Assembly: GCA_041666325.1 (NCBI GenBank)
Contig: JBAYHC010000002.1
Span: 157,319 to 221,318 of the forward strand
Source of the DNA: Patescibacteria group bacterium
GTDB taxonomy: Bacteria > Patescibacteriota > UBA1384 > XYA2-FULL-43-10 > 1-14-0-10-43-13
Length of the DNA stretch: 64,000 nucleotides
Direction: 5' to 3'
Shown here one piece after another: positions 57,267 to 64,000 of this stretch. How positions within the stretch are numbered: position 1 is the first letter of the stretch; the number at the start of each line of letters is the position of its first letter. The position numbers and the translations under genes are program-made. Under the pieces are notes generated by a model. The model was not told the DNA's origin. It saw nothing but the letters and a program-made list of their open reading frames with translations, and ran no database searches.

Positions 57267-58097
57267 ATGATGAATGTAGCATCAGAACTCCGTCAGGCTA
57301 GGGCAGGGGGCTACGCCATAGGTGCATTTAATACGAGCAATCTAGAGGTAACAAAGGCGATTTGTTCTGCTGCGATGTCACTTGGAGCTCCAGTGTTGAT
57401 TCAGACAACGCCAAGTGCTATCGAATACGCTGGGCTGACTCAATTGTATGATATTGTCATAGATGAAATTGCGGCAAGTGGAATAAAGGCGGCGATCCAT
57501 CTTGACCATGGCAAAGATTGGGATATCACAAAAAGGTGTATTGATGCCGGGTACACTTCGGTCATGATTGATGGCTCCAAGCTGCCATATAAGGAAAACT
57601 TAGAGCTGACCAAAAAGGTAGTTGATTATGCTCACGCAAGAGGTGCTTCTGTTGAGGGTGAGATCGGTGTACTTGGAGCTAAGGAAATTGGAGAGAGCGG
57701 CAGTGATGCCAGTGATGTCTTGAGCTCTCCAGAACAAACCGCAGAGTTTGTAACGCGAACAGGTATCGATTCGGTGGCGGTAGCAATCGGCAACTCCCAC
57801 GGTGCGCCTCAACATGAAGAAATTAATCTGACTCTGCTGAAAGAAATCTCTTTGGTTGTTGATATTCCACTCGTAATTCACGGCTCGTCCGGCTTGTCAG
57901 ATGACCAGATAAAGGAGGCCATTAATCTCGGTGTTGCAAAATTTAATGTTGATACCCTTATTCGTCGGGCGGTCATAGACTCACTTCAGGGTGTCAAACC
58001 GGACGAAAAGGATTATCGGGATGTGTTTCGAGACGAGATGGAGGAAATTGAGAGAGTGGTCAGAAACCGCATTGAGTTATTCAGAAACAACGAATAG
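57267..58097 (+). CDS. fba: Class II fructose-bisphosphate aldolase. The ORF track starts at 57207; the likely start is the MMNVASELR Met at 57267 or 57270
   Basis: Class II FBA signature (IGAFN, HLDHG, zinc ligands). Confidence 0.85.
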   Translation: MMNVASELRQARAGGYAIGAFNTSNLEVTKAICSAAMSLGAPVLIQTTPSAIEYAGLTQLYDIVIDEIAASGIKAAIHLDHGKDWDITKRCIDAGYTSVMIDGSKLPYKENLELTKKVVDYAHARGASVEGEIGVLGAKEIGESGSDASDVLSSPEQTAEFVTRTGIDSVAVAIGNSHGAPQHEEINLTLLKEISLVVDIPLVIHGSSGLSDDQIKEAINLGVAKFNVDTLIRRAVIDSLQGVKPDEKDYRDVFRDEMEEIERVVRNRIELFRNNE

Positions 58098-58128
58098 TCA
58101 ATCGCACAATATTTTCCTGGTCTAACTG

Positions 58129-59157
58129 TTGAGCTTAATTATGAAATACGACGTAGTTACAATCGGTGATGCTTCGGAGGATGTTTTTGTCCGTCCCGTT
58201 GATATGAAGATAACGGATAGCCGCTCCTTCACTAGCGGTAAGGTGATGAGTTTTGAGTTGGGAGAGAAAATTCCAATCGAAGATGTTGTCTATGATGTTG
58301 GTGGTACTGCAGCCAATGTTGCCGTCGGCCTATCGCGGTGCGGCATGAAAACAGCAATTATTACAGCTATCGGTCAAGATTCGCCGGCAGAAAGGATTCT
58401 CGCTTGTCTCGATAAAGAGGGAGTTGATTCCGGTTGTATCAACATCAGACAGAAAAACAAGACTAACTTTGCCGTCATTATCAACACTCCTAACGGCGAG
58501 AGAACCATTCTTGTTTATCATGGTATCGACTACAGTAATCTTAATCTCAAAAGATCACTGAATACCTCGTGGATATATTTAGGTCCTGTTGGTGAAAATT
58601 GCGGAGAAGTGATCGATCAGATCCTAACCCAAGTTGGCGAAAGGAATGCCAGATTCGCCTGGAATCCTGGCTCTTATCAGGTCAAGGCGGGTGCCTCGAA
58701 GTTTCACCGCTTGCTAAGAAATGCATCGGTGTTATTTCTCAATCGCGAGGAGGCGATCAAGTTTCTGGATTATCCTGTGCACCCGAAGATGGAGGAGGTG
58801 ATGAAGAAGTTATTTCAGCTAGGAGCGAGAATCGTTGTGGTTACTGATGGCAAAGAGGGGGTGAGGGCGTATGACGGAGAGGTGTTCTACCAGGTAGACA
58901 TTATCAGAAATGTTACCAGAGTGGACGCAACCGGGGCTGGCGACAGCTTTGCCTCTGGCTTTATGGCACGGTTTATCGATGGTCAGGCAAAAGGGGAGTT
59001 GGACAGGGATGTTATTTGCGATGCTCTTAAGTATGGTATTGTTAACTCTACTTCAGTTGTGGCGCAAATTGGGGCCCAAAAGGGCTTGCTCTCGGTCTCT
59101 GCTATCGAAAAAGGTATAGCCGAACATCCTCGACTTCGAGTAGATATCTATAATTGA
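58129..59157 (+). CDS. PfkB-family carbohydrate/nucleoside kinase (ribokinase-like)
   Basis: N-terminal GG-A-N motif (GGTAANVAVGL) and C-terminal DATGAGDSF anion-hole motif. Confidence 0.7.
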   Translation: MSLIMKYDVVTIGDASEDVFVRPVDMKITDSRSFTSGKVMSFELGEKIPIEDVVYDVGGTAANVAVGLSRCGMKTAIITAIGQDSPAERILACLDKEGVDSGCINIRQKNKTNFAVIINTPNGERTILVYHGIDYSNLNLKRSLNTSWIYLGPVGENCGEVIDQILTQVGERNARFAWNPGSYQVKAGASKFHRLLRNASVLFLNREEAIKFLDYPVHPKMEEVMKKLFQLGARIVVVTDGKEGVRAYDGEVFYQVDIIRNVTRVDATGAGDSFASGFMARFIDGQAKGELDRDVICDALKYGIVNSTSVVAQIGAQKGLLSVSAIEKGIAEHPRLRVDIYN

Positions 59158-59206
59158 CTATCTGGTTAATAGATAGTACTATTGCTCTCAGTGAAGGAGG
59201 GACGCC

Positions 59207-59467
59207 ATGACTTCTGCTGAAAAAGAGACGGCGCGCAATTTGTCGATTGTGCGACGGATGATCTCTCGTGATCTTGGGATTCCAATGCGAAAAGTTAGAC
59301 CGGATGCTTTTCTGGGTGAGTTGGGAAGAGTTCGGGGGCAACTTGCTTCTTTGGCCAGGTCACTCCAAGATGAGGTTCCTGACCTTGCCCTGGTCCCGGA
59401 TTTTGCGATCTTTCCTCGAGTTGAAGATTTGGCTCGTGCTTATTCGGAGCAGAGAGCAGTTAGTTAG
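59207..59467 (+). CDS. Hypothetical small protein (86 aa), possibly a degenerate ACP-like helical bundle lacking the phosphopantetheine Ser
   Basis: AAGGAGGGA RBS. DAFLGELG resembles the ACP DSL region, but the Ser is replaced by Leu. Confidence 0.3.
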   Translation: MTSAEKETARNLSIVRRMISRDLGIPMRKVRPDAFLGELGRVRGQLASLARSLQDEVPDLALVPDFAIFPRVEDLARAYSEQRAVS

Positions 59468-59498
59468 TTCTCTTTCATCATTTTTCGTTCCGTTTCCT

Positions 59499-59529
59499 GT
59501 CTTGCCCGGCAATATATGCCGGGCAAGAC
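59499..59529. repeat. Perfect 13-bp-stem palindrome GTCTTGCCCGGCA-atata-TGCCGGGCAAGAC; possible terminator or protein-binding site
   Basis: Seen in the sequence downstream of the ORF at 59207. No immediate U-tract follows; a second T7 run lies about 35 nt later. Confidence 0.6.
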
Positions 59530-59593
59530 ACCTCTAAGACTCCGGGGCTTTAAAAGTAGCTCTTTTTTTGATACACTGAGGTGTACTATTTAG

Positions 59594-59677
59594 AGAATGT
59601 TCTGGATTGACGTTGCAATGTCAATCCCGCACTTGATGCGGGATCCAGGCGATTAATTATTACTAGATCCTGAATCA
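59594..59677. promoter_or_regulatory. Cluster of palindromes upstream of tig: 24-bp GGATTGACgTTGCAAtGTCAATCC (59594-59617), a CCCGC-N7-GCGGG hairpin, and ATCCTGAA-tcaag-TTCAGGAT (59657-59677)
   Basis: All seen directly in the sequence. Function unknown; they could be operators or attenuators. Confidence 0.45.
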
Positions 59678-59711
59678 AGTTCAGGATGACAACACAAAGG
59701 ACGATAGGAAC

Positions 59712-60923
59712 ATGGAAACAAAGGTATCGAAACTCGAGAAAAGCAAAATCAAACTAAAAACCACGGTTACACCTGCAGAACTGGCCGATCATTTTCAACA
59801 TGCTTACGATGATTTGGCTGCCGGCGTAAAAGTAGCTGGCTTTCGTCCGGGCAAAGCTCCAAGAAAAATGGTTGAAGAGGCGCTCGGCACATCCCGGTTG
59901 CTTTCGCATGCCATTGACCACTCTATCCAACACTTCTATGTTGAAGCCCTGCAGAAAGAGAATATCTCCCCGATTGCTCATCCAAATATTGCTATCAGCA
60001 AATACCCGAAATTCGGTTTGACTCCCGAAGAGATTGAAGAAGCTCTTGAATTCGAGGCTGAAGTAGAGACTTTTCCTGCTATGGAGCTAGGGGATTACAA
60101 AAAGATAAAGGTTGACGCCGGCAAGCCTGAGGTGGCGAAGGACGAGGATGTTGATAAAGTGATTGAGCACTTCCGTAAGCAGAGAGCGAAGTTTTCTGAC
60201 CTTGATCGAGCTGCTGAGATGGGTGATTTTACCGAAATAGATTTTGAAGGCAGTCACAAGGGCGTCAAGCTTGATAAATTGGCTTCCAAGCATTTTCCGA
60301 TGGTTCTGGGCGAGGGCAATATGATTCCTGGATTTGAGGGTGAGATCGTTGGTCTAAAAAAGGGTGATGAAAAAACATTCAAGATCAAATTCCCCAAAGA
60401 TTATCATGCTAAGGAATTTGCCGGCGAAGAGGTTGAATTTAATGTTAAGCTCAATGAGTTAAAGAAAGTTGAAATGCCTGAAGTCGATACTGAATTTGCC
60501 AAGGCTTTCGGTCATGATAAAGTAGAAGACTTAAAAAAGGCCATCAAGGAAAGTCTTCAGCAGGAAATGGATCACAAGCATGAACACGGTGTTGAGGAGA
60601 AGGTTATCGAGAAGGTGCTGCCTTTGCTTAAGGTAGATTTGCCCGATGCGCTCGTTGATCAGGAGCTTGCCCGAATGCTTAAGAACTTCGAGGCAGAACT
60701 CTCCAAACAGGGCCTGAATTTCGAGAGCTACCTTAAGTCCGTGAAGAAGGACGTGGCAGAGTTCGAGAAGGAACTTCGACCTCAGGCAGAGAAAAGCGTC
60801 AAGGTTGGTTTACTCTTGGGACAAATCATCAAGGACGAGGGTATTGATGACAATGATTCGGAGTCAGGCAAGAAGGCGTTGACCTTATTGGTCAAAAATT
60901 TGACTGAAGAACCGAAGAACTGA
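59712..60923 (+). CDS. tig: Trigger factor
   Basis: N-terminal ribosome-binding domain with GFRPGKAPRKMVEE (GFRxGxxP motif), FKBP-like middle domain and C-terminal arms; 403 aa. Confidence 0.85.
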   Translation: METKVSKLEKSKIKLKTTVTPAELADHFQHAYDDLAAGVKVAGFRPGKAPRKMVEEALGTSRLLSHAIDHSIQHFYVEALQKENISPIAHPNIAISKYPKFGLTPEEIEEALEFEAEVETFPAMELGDYKKIKVDAGKPEVAKDEDVDKVIEHFRKQRAKFSDLDRAAEMGDFTEIDFEGSHKGVKLDKLASKHFPMVLGEGNMIPGFEGEIVGLKKGDEKTFKIKFPKDYHAKEFAGEEVEFNVKLNELKKVEMPEVDTEFAKAFGHDKVEDLKKAIKESLQQEMDHKHEHGVEEKVIEKVLPLLKVDLPDALVDQELARMLKNFEAELSKQGLNFESYLKSVKKDVAEFEKELRPQAEKSVKVGLLLGQIIKDEGIDDNDSESGKKALTLLVKNLTEEPKN

Positions 60924-61045
60924 ATAACGAATGAACATTAACAACTAAAGAACGAGAAGACAGAAGAGTTAAAGAACAAATATGATTTTCAATGTTCTTA
61001 CGTCTTTATGTTTCTTGGTCCTTTAGTTAATTTGCGGAGCAAATT

Positions 61046-61633
61046 ATGAGTTATATAATTCCAACTGTAATTGAAAAAAGTCCTATGGGGGAAAGAGTTT
61101 ATGATATCTACTCCCGTCTGCTCAAGGACAGGGTTATCTTTTTGGGTGGAGCGATTGATGATGCTGTGGCGAATGTGGTCATTGCTCAGCTTCTTTTTCT
61201 GGAAGCGGAAGACCCCGACAAAGACATTCAAATGTACATCAACTCTCCTGGCGGTGAAGTTTATTCTGGCATGGCCATCTTTGACACCATGCAGTATATC
61301 AAGCCACAGGTTTCCACTATCTGTGTCGGCCTTGCCGCATCGATGGCGTCATTCCTGCTTGCGGCTGGCGCTGAGAATAAGCGTTTCTCGTTACCCAATT
61401 CACGCATCCTGATTCACCAGCCGATGGGCGGAGTTCAGGGGCAGGCTGCTGATATCAAAATTCAGGCCGAAGAAATTCTGAAGATTCGCGAGGAAATGAA
61501 CAAGATCTTGGCCAAGACAACGGGCCAGCCACTAGAAAAAATCGAAAAAGATACGGATCGTGATTTCTACATGAACCCTGAGGAAGCAAAGAAGTACGGT
61601 TTGATCGACAAGGTATTAGCAAAACGAAAATAA
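61046..61633 (+). CDS. clpP: ATP-dependent Clp protease proteolytic subunit
   Basis: ClpP sequence with catalytic Ser (GLAASMAS), His (IHQP) and Asp context; 195 aa. Confidence 0.9.
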   Translation: MSYIIPTVIEKSPMGERVYDIYSRLLKDRVIFLGGAIDDAVANVVIAQLLFLEAEDPDKDIQMYINSPGGEVYSGMAIFDTMQYIKPQVSTICVGLAASMASFLLAAGAENKRFSLPNSRILIHQPMGGVQGQAADIKIQAEEILKIREEMNKILAKTTGQPLEKIEKDTDRDFYMNPEEAKKYGLIDKVLAKRK

Positions 61634-61755
61634 ATTTTATCGATGAGGGCAGTAAGGCGGTAATGCAGTAGAGCAATAAAGCAAAACCTTTGTGTGATAA
61701 GCTAGAAAACATTACCGCCCTACAGCTTTATCACCTTATTGCTGTTTGGAGGTAC

Positions 61756-62835
61756 ATGGCTATTGACGAACGAACAAAAAAGCTGGCGAATTTGGTTGTG
61801 AATTACTCCCTGGCGGTTAAGCACGATGAGAGTGTTGTTATCTCCGGTTCGACGGTGGCAGAGCCGTTCATTGTCGCTCTCTACGAGGAGGTACTGAAGG
61901 CTGGTGCCCACCCGATTTTGCGATTGACCGTACCGGGGCTTGATCCAATCTATTACAAGTATGCCAAGGATCATCATCTTAAGAAGTTCCCTGAGTACTA
62001 CGATTACACGGTTAAGAGTGCACAGAAGTTCATCGGAATTCACACGGAGTCCAACACAAGAGAGCTGACTGGTGCTGACCCCAAAAAGATCGCAGAGCGC
62101 GGCAAAGTCATGCGCCCAATCACTGAGTATATCGTCAACGAGAAGGACAAAATGCGTCGTTGTAGTGTTGGCTATCCAAGTCTAGCATTGGCCCAAGATG
62201 CTAATATGTCGCTAGGTGAATACGAGGATTTTGTCTTCGGTGCTTGTCTCCAGGATTGGAGCAAACTTGGCCAAAAGATCGATTCGATACTGGATGTTTT
62301 TAAGAGCGGCAAAGAAGTTCATCTATTGGGCAAAAATGTTGATCTGCACATGAAGATCCATGGCGATAAGGCCGCGGCAGATAAGGGTGAGGAGAATATG
62401 CCTGGGGGTGAGGTTTTTATGGCCCCGGTTCGCGAATCAGTTGAGGGTTGGATCAAATTCGACTATCCGGCAATTCGTAATGGCAATGAAGTGACTGGGA
62501 TTCGCGTCGAATTTAAGGGTGGCAGGGCTGCAAAAATTGAAGCAGAGAAGAATGAGAAGTTTCTACGGGACATGCTTGCCATTGATGAAAATGCTTCATA
62601 TATCGGAGAGCTTGGTGTTGGCGTTAATCCAAGGGTTAACAAATTTACAGGAGATTTGCTTTTCGATGAAAAAATTGGCGGCACAATTCACCTTGCTTTC
62701 GGTATAGCCTATAAGGAAAATGGCGGTGGCAATGACTCTGCGCTGCATTGGGATATTGTCAAAGACATGCACCATGGCGAGATCATCCTCGATGGCAAGA
62801 CAGTACAGAAAAATGGTAGGTGGCTGATCGGGTGA
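61756..62835 (+). CDS. M29-family aminopeptidase (AmpS/aminopeptidase T-like). The ORF track starts at 61690; the likely start is the ATG at 61756 with a GGAGG SD
   Basis: N-terminal KLANLVVNYSL and overall colinearity with thermophilic metalloprotease (M29) family proteins. Confidence 0.65.
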   Translation: MAIDERTKKLANLVVNYSLAVKHDESVVISGSTVAEPFIVALYEEVLKAGAHPILRLTVPGLDPIYYKYAKDHHLKKFPEYYDYTVKSAQKFIGIHTESNTRELTGADPKKIAERGKVMRPITEYIVNEKDKMRRCSVGYPSLALAQDANMSLGEYEDFVFGACLQDWSKLGQKIDSILDVFKSGKEVHLLGKNVDLHMKIHGDKAAADKGEENMPGGEVFMAPVRESVEGWIKFDYPAIRNGNEVTGIRVEFKGGRAAKIEAEKNEKFLRDMLAIDENASYIGELGVGVNPRVNKFTGDLLFDEKIGGTIHLAFGIAYKENGGGNDSALHWDIVKDMHHGEIILDGKTVQKNGRWLIG

Positions 62836-63014
62836 TCCCATCTGGCCATAACAGACAAAGCAAAGTAATGAGTTAAAGCTGTTTCATTGTTGCCTGTATT
62901 TGCGTTGTCCCCCTAGTCCTTTTTGATTATTGGTTGAAATTTGTGAAGCTGTAACATTTGAGGACACTAGCGCTTTTGTTTTTAGCAATGTGCGTTAAAA
63001 ATGCACACAAAGTT

Positions 63015-64000
63015 CTAGTGTGGTTGTATCTCGAAGAAATAGACCTCATCTCCTGCTGCGGTCGGAATACGTCGAAGATCATTTTTGTTATTTGATAAGA
63101 AACGAGAGAAATTATTTTTTATGCTGTCAAAGAATTCGGAATCGCCAAAGTACGATATATCTTGCGGACTATAATAAATGTATCTAAAACCATTATTGCG
63201 TAAATTAGCCATAATCGTTTCGTCGTCAAACTTTGGGCTTGCTGACGCAAAAGAGACAAGATTATCAGAATATACAGTCTTGTCATTGTTTTCGATAAAA
63301 TATTTTAAATATTTTGAGACGAGATAGGTGCGGCGGTTCAATTGATCGTTGCTGATAGTTGTATTGATTATATTTGCGGCATCGTAAAATTTCGGTAAGG
63401 TTTGCTTGAAGTATTCTTGCTCTCCCATGTGGCTTCCCGCGAACTGCAAAATTTGAGGGGTAACCCGGGCGGGGTTATGCTCTGGCAGGTGTGCCACTCT
63501 CAGAGTGAATGCGATGAAAAGCCACAGGCTGCAATATCCCGCAGCAATAAATCTAAAATAACGAATATTATTAACCTCAGCAACATAGTCTAGCTCTAAA
63601 TAGACCAGAAAAAGAAGAACAAAGCCACCGAAACCATACCAAATTATTCCTGAGCCAAAGACAAGCCAGGGTACCCAGTAAGCAGAGGCAAGGGCTAATA
63701 TTGCAATCAAATGATAGTCTTTGCCCATGATTAATGCCAGATAGCAAAACGGTATTATGAATGGTAAAGGCGCCAATAAGACGAAGCCAATATCGGTGTA
63801 TTGGCCGAGGCCGCTGTTGCCGAAGGTTGCTTCGAATGGGGTGTACAATATTGTAAAAATTTTGCTGCCCTTGTCTTTGCCGCGGTAGCGCTCTAGCTCA
63901 TTTTGAGTGCTCTGGCCAAATTTTTGCTTAGTAGATTCTTCTTGGGTGATTTTACCTTCCTTTGCGGAAGCTCCCCCCTCTGGCTCTGCTTCGATGGCAA
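63015..64000 (-). CDS. Large polytopic membrane protein, 5'-partial (the ORF stays open to the window edge; the ORF-track 'start' at 63848 is only an internal TTG). It may be a GT39/ArnT-like glycosyltransferase-fold protein
   Basis: In-frame translation continues without a stop from 63849 to 64000 on the minus strand. The protein has about 6 or more TM helices followed by a soluble C-terminal domain. No family established. Confidence 0.45.
   Translation of the reverse strand, partial: AIEAEPEGGASAKEGKITQEESTKQKFGQSTQNELERYRGKDKGSKIFTILYTPFEATFGNSGLGQYTDIGFVLLAPLPFIIPFCYLALIMGKDYHLIAILALASAYWVPWLVFGSGIIWYGFGGFVLLFLVYLELDYVAEVNNIRYFRFIAAGYCSLWLFIAFTLRVAHLPEHNPARVTPQILQFAGSHMGEQEYFKQTLPKFYDAANIINTTISNDQLNRRTYLVSKYLKYFIENNDKTVYSDNLVSFASASPKFDDETIMANLRNNGFRYIYYSPQDISYFGDSEFFDSIKNNFSRFLSNNKNDLRRIPTAAGDEVYFFEIQPH

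Overview
This 64-kb window is a gene-dense chromosomal segment on both strands, about 45% GC, consisting almost entirely of housekeeping genes. The repertoire suggests a small-genome monoderm or CPR/Patescibacteria-like bacterium, based on an archaeal-type ProRS, FtsEX with a PcsB-like partner, and YtxH, LemA and HPF; this lineage call is tentative. The main blocks, in order: mltG (5' partial), mreBCD-mrdA, greA, serS, hpf, secA, gpmI, ftsE-ftsX with a coiled-coil/C39-like peptidase, ctpA, lemA-htpX, ligA, gatC-gatA-(ppiB, HEPN-like, membrane ORF)-gatB, htrA, prfA-prmC, rpmE, rpsB-tsf-pyrH-frr-rseP-proS, a short uvrC, yvcK-tpiA-gap-pgk-fba-pfkB, and tig-clpP-aminopeptidase. I found no rRNA, canonical tRNA, CRISPR array, transposase or integrase. 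Three high-GC islands (about 60-65% GC) stand out against this background. (1) 7.86-11.1 kb holds two unrelated secreted/membrane proteins on the minus strand; each is preceded by a conserved ~130-nt leader containing the 16-mer CTCGATCGTCGCAAAC and followed by a near-identical 13-bp-stem GC hairpin with one compensatory base-pair change. (2) 27.0-27.6 kb holds a secreted protein. (3) 31.3-33.9 kb is about 2.6 kb with only one credible gene, a PaaX-like wHTH regulator. This gene is flanked by two copies of the motif TGCTGAAnAnnGTCGATCGTGyATA, and on either side lies a promoter-to-terminator GC-rich unit with no credible ORF (about 1.15 kb and about 0.4 kb), which I treat as candidate large structured ncRNAs. 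Other notable items: a 703-aa type-II membrane protein ending in a GspG/pseudopilin-like domain with no prepilin leader; a TM-anchored HEPN (RNxxxH) protein with a membrane partner inserted inside gatCAB; an in-frame inverted-repeat insertion in prmC; and several short tandem repeats and perfect palindromes in promoter regions. All calls rest on motif recognition by eye; no searches were run.
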